Assembly: GCA_900769955.1 (NCBI GenBank)
Contig: CAAGIP010000211.1
Location: forward strand, 252 to 64,251
Source of the DNA: Spirochaetia bacterium
GTDB taxonomy: Bacteria; Spirochaetota; Spirochaetia; Sphaerochaetales; Sphaerochaetaceae
Direction of reading: 5' to 3'
DNA: 64,000 nt
Shown here piece after piece: positions 18,998-28,889 of the stretch (positions are counted from its first letter, which is position 1; each line of letters opens with the position of its first letter). The translations under genes were made by a program, and so were the position numbers. The notes under the pieces were generated by a model. It did not search any database. It was not told the origin of the DNA and was given only the letters and a program-made list of their open reading frames with translations.

Positions 18998-19585
18998 ATG
19001 GAACAACAGATTCAGGATTTAGTTGCTTCTATCAGAAAGGAAGGGATAGAAGAAGCTAAAAGACAGAGCGCTGAGATTCTGGAAAAAGCCAGGGCTGAAG
19101 CCGATGAGATCATCAGAAAAGCCAAAGAGCAGAGTGATGAACTTGTAAGTTCGGCAAAGGCAAAATGCGCCCTTGAGGAGGAAAGCGCCAGGGCGAAGAT
19201 CGTTCAGGCAGGCAGGGATGTTTCCCTTTCCCTTAAGAAATCAATTGAAACACTCTTTTCATCGATCCTTACGGATGATGTGGCAAAAGCCATGGATGAA
19301 GGACTCCTTGCTTCCCTCGTAACTGAAGTGGTAAGTGCGGACCTTAAGGGTACGGTCATTGAAGTTCCCGAAGGGAAGAGGAATGATATAGTCGCTGCCA
19401 TTAAGGGTGAAGCCGCAGCAGCACTTAGAAAAGGTGACGTACTCCGTGAAAACAGGGGAGTGCTTTCAGGCATCAGGCTCACAAGCAATGACGGTTCCGG
19501 CTATGTCGATCTTTCAGCAGAGGAATGCGCACTTCTCTTAAAGCCTTATCTTTCCGATAAACTCAGAGAGCTCATCTACGGTTAG
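18998..19585 (+). CDS. atpE: V/A-type ATPase subunit E
   Basis: First gene of the operon; IRKEGIEEA followed by a coiled coil. Confidence 0.85.
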   Translation: MEQQIQDLVASIRKEGIEEAKRQSAEILEKARAEADEIIRKAKEQSDELVSSAKAKCALEEESARAKIVQAGRDVSLSLKKSIETLFSSILTDDVAKAMDEGLLASLVTEVVSADLKGTVIEVPEGKRNDIVAAIKGEAAAALRKGDVLRENRGVLSGIRLTSNDGSGYVDLSAEECALLLKPYLSDKLRELIYG

Positions 19586-19593
19586 GATCGTCT

Positions 19594-20136
19594 ATGGGTA
19601 ACTATTACTATCTTGTCCCCACGCTCCCTTCCCTCAGACCCGACATGGATGAATACATGTCCCTTGAGGAATTTCTCGCGCTGTGCCGCGGACACTTATC
19701 GAAGAAGGACTATGAAATCCTTTCACATGCCACGCTTACAGGCAGTGATGAAGTTAAGGGAAATGCCTTCATGAAGGAGTTTTCCCGCTTCCGCTCGATG
19801 GTTGATTCGGCCCTTATCGCGGAAAGGGCGGCAAAACTGGGTCTTAAGGATCCATGCTATGAAAACAGAGGTGACAGGGAAGCAAGGATTCAGGAGGCAG
19901 TCAGAAAGGCCGTAAGGTCCTCCGATCCGCTCATGGGCGAAAAGCTGATCCTTAACCTTTACTGGGGATTTCTGGAGAACAATCTGGGACTGGGACACTA
20001 CTTCGATCTCACGTTCCTGATCAGCTATGCGCTGCGTCTTCAGATCCTGTCACGGCTTTCAGGCTTTACTTTGGATAAGGGTAATGCAGAGTTCGCAAAG
20101 CTCTTTGGACAATTGAAAGAGGAAATATTCCGCTAG
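19594..20136 (+). CDS. DUF2764 family protein (putative V-ATPase subunit C equivalent)
   Basis: YYYLVPTLPSL and HYFDLTFLISYALRLQIL; lies between subunits E and A. Confidence 0.8.
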   Translation: MGNYYYLVPTLPSLRPDMDEYMSLEEFLALCRGHLSKKDYEILSHATLTGSDEVKGNAFMKEFSRFRSMVDSALIAERAAKLGLKDPCYENRGDREARIQEAVRKAVRSSDPLMGEKLILNLYWGFLENNLGLGHYFDLTFLISYALRLQILSRLSGFTLDKGNAEFAKLFGQLKEEIFR

Positions 20137-20145
20137 AGGTAAAAT

Positions 20146-21873
20146 ATGACTACAAACAGAGGACATGTTGTTTCGGTAAACGGCAACATGGTAAATGTTG
20201 AGTTCACTGGTGCGGTCACTAAAAACGAGGTAGGGTACATCGTCCTTGGCGATACCCGTCTCAAGAGTGAGGTCATCAGGATCAACGGTAATACCGCCTC
20301 CCTCCAGGTCTATGAGATGACCGGCGGTGTCGCGGTAGGAGACGAAGTTGAGTTCACCGGCGAGCTTCTCTCCGCAGAGCTCGGTCCCGGGCTTCTGACA
20401 CAGATTTATGACGGACTGCAGAATCCGCTTCCCAAGCTTGCTGAGGAGTGCGGCTTCTTCCTACAGCGCGGTGTCTATCTCACCGCAATTCCCGATAAGG
20501 ACTGGCCTTTCACGCCGAAAGTGAAAAAGGGTGATAAAGTCATCGCCGGTGACACGCTGGGAACCGTTCCCGAAGGCGTATTCACCCACCAGATCATGGT
20601 ACCCTTCAACCTGCTCGGAGAATGGACCGTCACCGAGATCGCTTCTGAGGGTGTTTACAACGTAAGAAGCACGATTGCGAAGATCAAAAACACGAAGGGC
20701 GAGGAAAAGGAACTCTCGATGGTTTTCGAGTGGCCCGTCAAAAAGGCAATTAAGTGCTATGACGAGCGCCTGCGTCCCGATGAGACGATGGTCACGAAGA
20801 TCAGGCTCATCGACACCTTCCTTCCCGTCGCAAAGGGCGGTACATACTGTATCCCCGGACCTTTCGGTGCGGGCAAGACCGTCCTGCAGCACCTGACAAG
20901 TAAGAATGCCGACGTCGACATCGTAATCATCGCAGCGTGCGGTGAGCGTGCAGGTGAGGTTGTTGAGGTTCTCAAGGAGTTCCCCGAGCTCATCGATCCG
21001 AAGACAGGAAGAAGCCTCATGGAGCGCACGATCATCATCTGTAACACTTCAAGTATGCCCGTTGCCGCGAGAGAGGCATCGGTATACACGGCAGTAACGC
21101 TTGCCGAGTATTACAGGAACATGGGCCTTGACGTTCTTCTGCTTGCCGACTCCACTTCCCGCTGGGCACAGGCAATGAGAGAGATGAGCGGACGCCTTGA
21201 GGAAATCCCGGGAGAGGAAGCATTCCCCGCATACCTCGAGTCAAGGATCGCAGAGTTCTATGAAAGGGCAGGTAAGGTTCGCCTCCGTGACGGAAGGACC
21301 GCTTCGGTAACGATCGGCGGTACCGTATCTCCAGCAGGCGGTAACTTTGAGGAACCGGTAACACAGGCCACACTCAAGGTAGTGGGTGCCTTCCACGGGC
21401 TTTCAAGGGAAAGATCGGATGCAAGAAAGTATCCTGCAATCGATCCTCTTGATTCCTGGTCAAAATATGAGGGTGTCCTTCCCCTGGACAAGGTAAGCGA
21501 TGCTTATTCAATCCTTGTCCGCGGAAACGAGGTAAACCAGATGATGAAGGTCGTAGGTGAGGAAGGAACTTCACTTGAGGACTACATCATCTACCAGAAA
21601 GGTGAACTTCTTGACAGCGTATATCTCCAGCAGAACTCCTTCGATCCCGTCGACGCACAGGTAACGGTAGAGCGCCAGGTCGAGACCTTCGGCGTGCTCT
21701 ATGACATCTTAAAGAGTGACTACGAGCTTGCCGACAAGAAGGACGTAAGACTCTTCTTCAACCAGGTCAGACAGGCTTTCCTCGACTGGAACGGAACAGC
21801 CGAGAGTGATCCGAGATATGGTGAGAGGAAGCAGGAGCTAATCGGTCTTTATAAAGCAAAGGTGAGGAACTGA
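20146..21873 (+). CDS. atpA: V/A-type ATPase subunit A
   Basis: [36 protein letters not shown]; no intein. Confidence 0.97.
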   Translation: MTTNRGHVVSVNGNMVNVEFTGAVTKNEVGYIVLGDTRLKSEVIRINGNTASLQVYEMTGGVAVGDEVEFTGELLSAELGPGLLTQIYDGLQNPLPKLAEECGFFLQRGVYLTAIPDKDWPFTPKVKKGDKVIAGDTLGTVPEGVFTHQIMVPFNLLGEWTVTEIASEGVYNVRSTIAKIKNTKGEEKELSMVFEWPVKKAIKCYDERLRPDETMVTKIRLIDTFLPVAKGGTYCIPGPFGAGKTVLQHLTSKNADVDIVIIAACGERAGEVVEVLKEFPELIDPKTGRSLMERTIIICNTSSMPVAAREASVYTAVTLAEYYRNMGLDVLLLADSTSRWAQAMREMSGRLEEIPGEEAFPAYLESRIAEFYERAGKVRLRDGRTASVTIGGTVSPAGGNFEEPVTQATLKVVGAFHGLSRERSDARKYPAIDPLDSWSKYEGVLPLDKVSDAYSILVRGNEVNQMMKVVGEEGTSLEDYIIYQKGELLDSVYLQQNSFDPVDAQVTVERQVETFGVLYDILKSDYELADKKDVRLFFNQVRQAFLDWNGTAESDPRYGERKQELIGLYKAKVRN

Positions 21874-21875
21874 CA

Positions 21876-23168
21876 ATGCAGAAAGTATATACAAAGATTG
21901 AATCCATCGTCGGTAACGTCATCACGGTCAGGGCAACGGGCGTAAAGAACCAGGACCTTGCAGAGGTGACCACATCCTCCGGCGTCAGCTATGCAAACGT
22001 AATCAAGCTCGACCATGATCTCGTGTCACTGCAGGTATTCAGCGGTGCACAGGGCATCAGCACCGGAGACAGCGTCCGCTTTCTCGGCGTTCCCATGAGG
22101 GTAAGCTTCTCAGATGACCTGCTCGGGCGTATCTTCAACGGTTCCGGTGAGCCCCGTGACAAAGGCCCCTCGCTTACCGACAACATGATCGAAATCGGAG
22201 GACCTTCCGTAAACCCTGCAAAGAGAATCATCCCGAGGAACATGATCAGGACAGGTATTCCAATGATCGACGTATTCAACACTCTCGTCGAATCACAGAA
22301 GCTGCCTATCTTCAGTATTTCCGGTGAGCCTTACAACCAGCTGCTTGCAAGAATCGCGATGCAGGCTGAAGTCGATCTCATCGTTCTCGGCGGCATGGGC
22401 CTTAAGTATGATGACTATCTCTTCTTCAGGGAAACACTTGAAAAGAGCGGCGCCATGAGCAGAACGATCATGTTCGTCCATACCGCTAGCGATCCGACCG
22501 TAGAATGTACCCTTGTTCCCGACATGGCACTTGCGGTTGCGGAGCAGTTCGCGCTCAAGGGCAAGAAGGTTCTCGTCCTTCTGACAGACATGACGAACTA
22601 CTGCGACTCGCTCAAGGAAATGGCGATCACAATGGACCAGGTACCTTCGAACAGAGGTTACCCAGGTGACCTTTACTCAAACCTTGCGGCACGCTATGAG
22701 AAGGCAGTTGACTTTGATGATGCAGGATCAGTGACTATTCTTGCCGTTACCACAATGCCCGGTGACGACGTCACTCACCCGGTTCCCGATAACACGGGAT
22801 ACATCACAGAAGGCCAGTTCTACCTCAGAAACGGCCACATCGAGCCATTCGGCTCACTGAGCCGTCTCAAGCAGCAGGTCAACAAGGACACCCGTGATGA
22901 CCACCGCTCGCTCATGGATGCCATGATCAAGCTCTATGCTGCTTACAAGGAATCCGTTGAGAAGAAGGCAATGGGCTTCCAGATGAGTGAATGGGATGAC
23001 AAGCTCCTCCGTTACGGCTCTCTTTTTGAGTCGAAACTGATGGATCTTTCCGTCAACATTCCCCTTGAAAAGGCACTTGACCTCGGCTGGGAAATCCTCG
23101 CTGAGTGCTTTGAAAAGAACGAGACCGGATTAAAGTCTGACCTCATCAGCAAATACTGGCCTAAGTAA
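21876..23168 (+). CDS. atpB: V/A-type ATPase subunit B
   Basis: [31 protein letters not shown]. Confidence 0.97.
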   Translation: MQKVYTKIESIVGNVITVRATGVKNQDLAEVTTSSGVSYANVIKLDHDLVSLQVFSGAQGISTGDSVRFLGVPMRVSFSDDLLGRIFNGSGEPRDKGPSLTDNMIEIGGPSVNPAKRIIPRNMIRTGIPMIDVFNTLVESQKLPIFSISGEPYNQLLARIAMQAEVDLIVLGGMGLKYDDYLFFRETLEKSGAMSRTIMFVHTASDPTVECTLVPDMALAVAEQFALKGKKVLVLLTDMTNYCDSLKEMAITMDQVPSNRGYPGDLYSNLAARYEKAVDFDDAGSVTILAVTTMPGDDVTHPVPDNTGYITEGQFYLRNGHIEPFGSLSRLKQQVNKDTRDDHRSLMDAMIKLYAAYKESVEKKAMGFQMSEWDDKLLRYGSLFESKLMDLSVNIPLEKALDLGWEILAECFEKNETGLKSDLISKYWPK

Positions 23169-23180
23169 GGAGTTTAGTTT

Positions 23181-23798
23181 ATGGCTGTCAAGCTGACAAA
23201 GAATGAACAGAAGAAGCAGAAGGACGCGCTTAAGCAGTTTAACCGCTACCTTCCCACGCTGCAGTTGAAAAAGCAGCAGCTTCAGACTGTCATCAGGCAG
23301 ATTGAAAGTGAGATAGAGGAGTATAAGACAGAGCAGAAGGCCCTGATCGACTCCCTTCAGAACTGGATAGCTGTCTTCGGTGAGCACAGTTCTTTTGACT
23401 CTCTCCACAGCCTGAACAACCTCGTGAAGATCGATTCGATAGTGAAGGGCAAAGGCAATATCGCGGGTGTTGAGATTCCTGTTTTCCAGGAGCTCACATT
23501 TAAGGACATCCCTTATTCCCTCTTTGAATATCCCCTCTGGGTCGATTCCGGTATCGACGCACTGAAAAGATGCAGTGTGTATGATGCCAGAATCAGGACC
23601 CTCCAGGAGCAGATCGATTTACTCGGAAGGGAGCTCAGGACAACAAGCCAGCGTGTCAATCTCTTTGAGAAGGTTAAGATACCTGAAGCAAAAGAGAATA
23701 TCAGAAGAATTGGCATTTACCTCGGTGACCAGCAGACCAGCGCGGTTGTCAGGGGTAAGATCGCAAAGAAGAAACTGGTCAGGGAGGATCCGTCATGA
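23181..23798 (+). CDS. atpD: V/A-type ATPase subunit D
   Basis: LPTLQLKK, TTSQRVNLFEKVKIP. Confidence 0.95.
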   Translation: MAVKLTKNEQKKQKDALKQFNRYLPTLQLKKQQLQTVIRQIESEIEEYKTEQKALIDSLQNWIAVFGEHSSFDSLHSLNNLVKIDSIVKGKGNIAGVEIPVFQELTFKDIPYSLFEYPLWVDSGIDALKRCSVYDARIRTLQEQIDLLGRELRTTSQRVNLFEKVKIPEAKENIRRIGIYLGDQQTSAVVRGKIAKKKLVREDPS

Positions 23799-25639
23799 TC
23801 GAAGGTATGAAGAGCGTGACTCTGGCAGCACCCTTCTCACAGAAGAAGGAAATGCTTAAGAGTCTCAGACAACTCGGTCTCATGCATGTTTCGTCCCTTA
23901 AGAGATCGTGTGAGGCGTCCGATATTACCGATAAGGATATAACAGGACTGATGAACACGCTTTCCGTGATCAGGGAAGAAGCGGATAAGAAGAAAAAATA
24001 TGAGCAGGCGGCTCTTGAAGGTGACGCATTTGAGGAGCTTTCATCAAAGCTTGCGGGACTTATCAGGAGAAGAAGTGAGGATGGCGAGGAGCTAAGAAGA
24101 CTTGGCTTTCTGGAGGCCTCTCTTGCTCCATGGGGTGACTTTGATCCTGCAGAGCTAAAGATGCTTGAAGAGGAGGGAATTCCCCTCAGCTTCTACACAC
24201 TTGGCAAAAAGGAAAAGGAAACACTTCGCCAGGATGAGACCGTAAGGTTCATTTCCCTCAGGGAAGTGAATAAGATGGAAGCAATTGCGGTTGTGGGTTC
24301 CCCCTTGAACGAAAGTTTTCCGGCAGTGAGGTTCACCCCCGGCACGGAAAGCCTTTCCTCAGTGAGTGCCAGAATAGCCGCTCTCAAAGACGACATTTCA
24401 TCTATTTCGTCCGAGCTTGAAAAAGCCAACGTCTATGCCGATGCATTCCGCTGGCAGATTAAACTCAGGAGTCAGAAGTCCATGCTTGAACGCGTCGATG
24501 CATCATGTGAGGATGTCGAGCAGATAACGCTCCTTCACGGATACATTCCCGATGCCGACCTTGATTCATTCAGGGCTTTTGCAAAGGAAAAAGGTTATGC
24601 ATACCTCATCGATGAGGTAAAGGATGACGAGATGCCCCCGACAAAGATCCGCTACAAGGGCTTTGTCAGGATCATCAAGCCGCTCTATGACATACTCGGC
24701 ACTGTGCCAGGATACAGGGAATATGACATTTCGCTCTACTTCCTCCTGTACTTCTCAGTGTTCTTTGCCATGATCATAGGTGATGCAGGCTACGGCCTCA
24801 TCTTCATCCTGATAGCAGCCATCATACAGGCCAAAACCAAAAAGGCAAGTGACATGGTCATCCTGATCTATGTGCTGGGTGCCACGACAGTGGTCTGGGG
24901 TGCGCTGACAGGAACATGGTTCGGTTCCGTTGCAATCGTCAATGCGCTTCCCTTCCTGAAGCTTTTCATAATTCCGTCGATATGTAACTTCTCGATGGAG
25001 CTTTATGGAATCGAGAGCGTTTTCGCACAGAATACGGTAATGAAGTTCTGCTTCATTCTCGGTGCATCCCAGCTTGTGCTTGCCTGTGTGATTAACGTGG
25101 TTGCAAAGATAAAGGCAAAGAACCTCTCGTTCGTTGCCGATATCGGATGGCTGCTCGACGTGCTTGTGATATACATGCTGGTCCTGTTCCTCGTTCTCAA
25201 TGAGGAAGTGAACTTCAGCCTGATAATCGCAGGTGTTGCATCAGGATTCATCCTCATATGTCTCTTCGGCAAACAGGAACCCGGTGTTCCATTCGTCAAG
25301 GGCATGGTGAAGAGCCTCTCCGATGCCTTCACGGTATTCCTCAACACAATAAGCTGTTTCGGAAACGTGATGAGCTACATCAGACTCTTTGCGGTAGGAA
25401 TGGCATCCCTTGCCATAGCTGACTCGTTCAACTCAATGGCAGGCGGACTTCTCTCAGGTTTCGCTCTTCCGGCAGGAATACTCGTACTCGTGCTCGGACA
25501 TGGACTTAACCTGATAATGGGTCTCTTAAGTGTAGTCGTACACGGAGTAAGACTCAATCTTCTGGAATTTTCCAATCAGCTCGGAATGGAGTGGAATGGA
25601 TATAGCTACGATCCGTTTAGGGAAACGGCAATAAAATAA
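23795..25639 (+). CDS. atpI: V/A-type ATPase subunit I (a)
   Basis: FFAMIIGDAGYG, SYIRLFAVG, VHGVRLNLLEF. Confidence 0.95.
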   Translation: MIEGMKSVTLAAPFSQKKEMLKSLRQLGLMHVSSLKRSCEASDITDKDITGLMNTLSVIREEADKKKKYEQAALEGDAFEELSSKLAGLIRRRSEDGEELRRLGFLEASLAPWGDFDPAELKMLEEEGIPLSFYTLGKKEKETLRQDETVRFISLREVNKMEAIAVVGSPLNESFPAVRFTPGTESLSSVSARIAALKDDISSISSELEKANVYADAFRWQIKLRSQKSMLERVDASCEDVEQITLLHGYIPDADLDSFRAFAKEKGYAYLIDEVKDDEMPPTKIRYKGFVRIIKPLYDILGTVPGYREYDISLYFLLYFSVFFAMIIGDAGYGLIFILIAAIIQAKTKKASDMVILIYVLGATTVVWGALTGTWFGSVAIVNALPFLKLFIIPSICNFSMELYGIESVFAQNTVMKFCFILGASQLVLACVINVVAKIKAKNLSFVADIGWLLDVLVIYMLVLFLVLNEEVNFSLIIAGVASGFILICLFGKQEPGVPFVKGMVKSLSDAFTVFLNTISCFGNVMSYIRLFAVGMASLAIADSFNSMAGGLLSGFALPAGILVLVLGHGLNLIMGLLSVVVHGVRLNLLEFSNQLGMEWNGYSYDPFRETAIK

Positions 25640-25666
25640 AGTATAATTGAAAGGAGATATTTCAAT

Positions 25667-26107
25667 ATGTCTAATTTAGCTTACGTCGGTATGGTATGTG
25701 CTCTCTGTTTTTCAGCAATCGGTTCCGGTCTCGGTGCCGGACTTGCGGCTCAGTCTGCAGTAGGCGGCTGGAAGAAGTGCTACGCTGAGGGGAAACCCGC
25801 TCCGTTCATCATGGTTGCATTCGCAGGTGCGCCTCTCACACAGACCATCTACGGCTTCCTGCTCATGAACTTCATCAACTCTGCATTCCAGGCTACCGGG
25901 AACATGCTGATGTGTCTTGGTGTCGGCGTCTTCGGCGGTCTTGCAATCGGTCTTTCCGCTTTCCTGCAGGGTAAGGTTGCAGCATGCTCAGCAGATGCAC
26001 TTGCCGAGACAGGTAAGGGAACCGCAAACTACTTCATCGTAGTCGGTATCGTTGAGACAGTCGCTCTCTTCACACTCGTCTTCAGCATGCTCCTCCTGAA
26101 CAGCTGA
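25667..26107 (+). CDS. atpK: V/A-type ATPase subunit K (4-TM proteolipid)
   Basis: PLTQTIYG, QGK, GIVETVA. Confidence 0.95.
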   Translation: MSNLAYVGMVCALCFSAIGSGLGAGLAAQSAVGGWKKCYAEGKPAPFIMVAFAGAPLTQTIYGFLLMNFINSAFQATGNMLMCLGVGVFGGLAIGLSAFLQGKVAACSADALAETGKGTANYFIVVGIVETVALFTLVFSMLLLNS

Positions 26108-26127
26108 TCATTACACACATAAAAAAC

Positions 26128-26155
26128 GAAGGCTGCATCAGTTGGTGCAGCCTTC
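26128..26155. terminator. Probable bidirectional terminator
   Basis: GAAGGCTGCA-TCAGTTGG-TGCAGCCTTC with an A-run on the left, between convergent operons. Confidence 0.75.
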
Positions 26156-26175
26156 ACTGTTTAAGCGAAATTATC

Positions 26176-26853
26176 TCAGCTTATTGAGGTTGTCTTCATG
26201 TCACTGATTTTTGCATGGTGTATCAGCGATGCTGCAGCAAGCAGTATAACTGCAGCGATCAGACCGATAAGCGGCTGGGGGAAGACGAAGTATCCTGCCT
26301 CTTCCGCTGCTTCATACATATTTTCCATAAGACCTGACACTGTCAGCGATGCGACACAGATCGTGAATATCACAATAAAGGAAACAAACGGCCTGAAGAG
26401 TGTCGTGATCGAGGAAAAGAAGCATCCGGCACCGAAACAGAGGAGTGCGGAAATGATGAATGTAACCACATACTCTCCGTATGGTATGAGGGTAAGCCCT
26501 GATACACGGTCACATATGAGTGAAATCCCGATCATCGCAAGCAGGGTGGGGATGAAGGTTATTGCCACTCTCGCTGAATATCTGATAAATGCCGAAGTTC
26601 TGGTTGCACCGAAGAGCATCAGGAACCTCATGTACTGAAGCGATAGACATCCTGAGACAAGGTAGAAGATTGCGGTAACTCCGATATTTACCGATGGTAT
26701 CACGGAGATGACTATTTTAATTTCATCGGCAGCTCCGAAGTCCTTTGAAATGAGTTTTATCACTATGTTAAGAAATGCAACTGAAAAACTTGCAATGCCC
26801 ACCGCAATGAGGGCCCCCCTTGCAAGGTCAAATGTAATGTAATCTTTTTTCAT
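26176..26853 (-). CDS. Putative ABC-2 type permease
   Basis: About six TM segments downstream of an ABC ATPase; GATR motif; start MKKDY after AAGGAGG. Confidence 0.7.
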   Translation of the reverse strand: MKKDYITFDLARGALIAVGIASFSVAFLNIVIKLISKDFGAADEIKIVISVIPSVNIGVTAIFYLVSGCLSLQYMRFLMLFGATRTSAFIRYSARVAITFIPTLLAMIGISLICDRVSGLTLIPYGEYVVTFIISALLCFGAGCFFSSITTLFRPFVSFIVIFTICVASLTVSGLMENMYEAAEEAGYFVFPQPLIGLIAAVILLAAASLIHHAKISDMKTTSIS

Positions 26854-26863
26854 TCTTTCCTCC

Positions 26864-27691
26864 TTAACGTGCAAGTGCGATGAACGCATCCTGAAGATCG
26901 GCACGGGTCACACATCCGTCAGGTGCGCTGATGCTTCCCCTGACAGTCATCGTCACTTTTCCAAGTGACTCGCTCTTACTGAGTACTGTGTAGCTTCCCG
27001 TGACGTTTTTAAGTTCCTCTGAAGTGACAGTGACTTTGGAGATGTCTGAAAGCAGTGTGTCCTTATCCTCATCGACTATCAGCCTGCCGTGGTGTATGAT
27101 CTTAACACTGTCGAGAAGAGCAGAGACTTCCTCAATGAGGTGTGTGGAAATGACAAAGCATCTTTCCGGTGTGAAACGCTCCAGAAGCAGCGTGTAGAAA
27201 AGCTCCCTGTGTGCGGCATCAAGGCCGAGAATGGGTTCGTCGAAGAATACGAACGGGGAAGTGGACGTAAGTGCGAGAATATCCTTGAAGATTGTTCTGT
27301 ACCCAGTTGAGAGCTTAGCCCAGTTCTTTTTTACCGGAAGCTCGAATCGTGATGCCAGATCATCCATTTCAGCCCTGTCGTGTCCGCCGTAATCTGCCGC
27401 CTGACGGAATACCTTATAAACCTTTTCATCTGAAACAAACGGGTTTTCCTCTCCGAGAGCGAAGATATTGCGCTTCAGTGACGGATTATCAAAGTATTGA
27501 TTTCCGTCAAGAGTAATTGCTCCCGATGTGGGATATATCATGTTAGTGCATAGCTTTATCATAGTGCTCTTTCCTGCACCGTTTCTGCCCAGAAGGCCGT
27601 AGATATGTCCGGTCTCATATACTGTCGTGACGTCATCGAGTGCTTTTTTGCTCCCGAATGACTTAGTTACACTTTTAAGTTCAAGATTCAT
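26864..27691 (-). CDS. ABC transporter ATP-binding protein (YtrB-like)
   Basis: GRNGAGKST, LSTG, FFDEP, ISTH. Confidence 0.93.
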   Translation of the reverse strand: MNLELKSVTKSFGSKKALDDVTTVYETGHIYGLLGRNGAGKSTMIKLCTNMIYPTSGAITLDGNQYFDNPSLKRNIFALGEENPFVSDEKVYKVFRQAADYGGHDRAEMDDLASRFELPVKKNWAKLSTGYRTIFKDILALTSTSPFVFFDEPILGLDAAHRELFYTLLLERFTPERCFVISTHLIEEVSALLDSVKIIHHGRLIVDEDKDTLLSDISKVTVTSEELKNVTGSYTVLSKSESLGKVTMTVRGSISAPDGCVTRADLQDAFIALAR

Positions 27692-28052
27692 TAATTTCTC
27701 CCCTCACCATGCCGATGAGTTCCTCTTCTGTTATTTCAAGTGCCGCTGCCGCCTTTAAAAGGGGCTTAATGTGATCTTCGATGAAGGATTCCTTCTTCAT
27801 CCTCATGATCTTTAGTCTGGCACCATCCTTCACGAACATCCCGATTCCACGCTTCTTCTCGACCAGTCCTTCATCGACAAGAAGGTTCACTGCCTTCATT
27901 GTCGTTGCCGGATTGATCTTCAGCTCTACACTGAGCTGAGTGGAGGAGGGTATCGGGGCTCCTTCTTTATAGACACCTGACTGGATGTCCTCTTTCAGAT
28001 ATTCCGCAAGCTGCTGGAATATCGGTCTGTCATCTTTAAAACTGTAATCCAT
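27681..28052 (-). CDS. GntR family regulator, YtrA subfamily
   Basis: 123 aa; PIFQQL, IPS..LS..LKINPAT, KKRGIGMFV; heads an ABC operon. Confidence 0.93.
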   Translation of the reverse strand: MDYSFKDDRPIFQQLAEYLKEDIQSGVYKEGAPIPSSTQLSVELKINPATTMKAVNLLVDEGLVEKKRGIGMFVKDGARLKIMRMKKESFIEDHIKPLLKAAAALEITEEELIGMVRGEINES

Positions 28053-28064
28053 GATCCTCCTGAT

Positions 28065-28118
28065 TGGTTAATTACTCGAGTAACTAACCATATAACTCAG
28101 GAGTCTTATTCATGTCAA
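28065..28118 (-). promoter_or_regulatory. Promoter and probable YtrA-type operator of the gntR-ABC operon
   Basis: 26-bp palindrome TGGTTAATTACTCGAGTAACTAACCA (28065-28090, one mismatched pair) between the SD and a minus-strand TTGACA (28118-28113). Confidence 0.75.
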
Positions 28119-28137
28119 CAGAGAGAGGAGAAAAAAA

Positions 28138-28530
28138 CTACATTAACCGTGATTTCAGGGAAAGGACCTTTTCCTCTGTGGTGCGTATGGCTGTGATAAA
28201 AACATCATCACTTTTCCCAGTGGGATCATCAAGTCCCCAGTCTTCCCTCATCGTGAATGGAATATAAGGGCAGCTGACATTGCATCCCATGATAATTACG
28301 ACATCGGGAGAAGGAATGTCGGTGATCAGTTTTGAATTCTGTCCCTCTGCTTCCATATCAATTGAGAAAAGCTGTTTCATGATACGGACCGCATCGGGAT
28401 TGATATGCTCCTTCAGCTTCGTTCCTGCTGAATATGATTAGAAAACATCGGATGCAAAATGACGGCCAAGGGCTTCCGCAATCTTACTGCGGCAGGAGTT
28501 TTGAACACAGATAAAAGCTCCTTTCTTCAT
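28138..28530 (-). pseudogene. arsC: Arsenate reductase (LMW-PTP type) with a premature stop
   Basis: ATG 28530: MKKGAFICVQNSCRSKIAEALGRHFASDVF*SYSAGT...MGCNVSCP...DWGLDDPTG. In-frame TAA at 28440-28438 (codon 31). Confidence 0.85.
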
Positions 28531-28578
28531 GAAATGCATTATAGGACTAATTCATTAAATTGTGGTATGCTTTCACCC

Positions 28579-28887
28579 ATGATAATTGACTCTGTATCAA
28601 ATCTCAGTCTGTATGAACCTGTCCTTCCTTCCATTAAGGCTAAGGATGGATATCTTTACAGCATAGTTGAAAAAATGAATGCCTTCGTATGTGAAAAAAA
28701 ACGATCGGTACTCCTTATTGCCGATAAGGGTGATGCCCGCATTGCAACTGGCTGGAGGGAGAATAAGGAATCGAAGGATGTAAATGCCGCATGCATCCTC
28801 CATGAAGGGGAGTTCGCGCTCTTCCTTCCCGGAGAAAGATACATCGTGAGCGAGTGTGACAGAGTCATTAAGTATATTCTGGAGTAG
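28579..28887 (+). CDS. Short hypothetical protein, weakly YhcH/YjgK/YiaL-like
   Basis: Starts MIIDSVSNLSLY, ends LHEGEFALFLPGE; extended -10 (TG-G-TATGCT) 7 nt before ATG 28579; 2 nt from ispG. Confidence 0.55.
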   Translation: MIIDSVSNLSLYEPVLPSIKAKDGYLYSIVEKMNAFVCEKKRSVLLIADKGDARIATGWRENKESKDVNAACILHEGEFALFLPGERYIVSECDRVIKYILE

Positions 28888-28889
28888 AG

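Noticed and set aside
26864..27691. Non-canonical ABC signature LSTGY taken as a sign of inactivation
   Set aside because: Such variants are common in YtrB-like ATPases; Walker A, Walker B and the H-loop are intact.
28438..28440. Stop-codon recoding or readthrough in arsC
   Set aside because: TAA terminates many genes here (adk, gap, pgk) and other substitutions point to decay.
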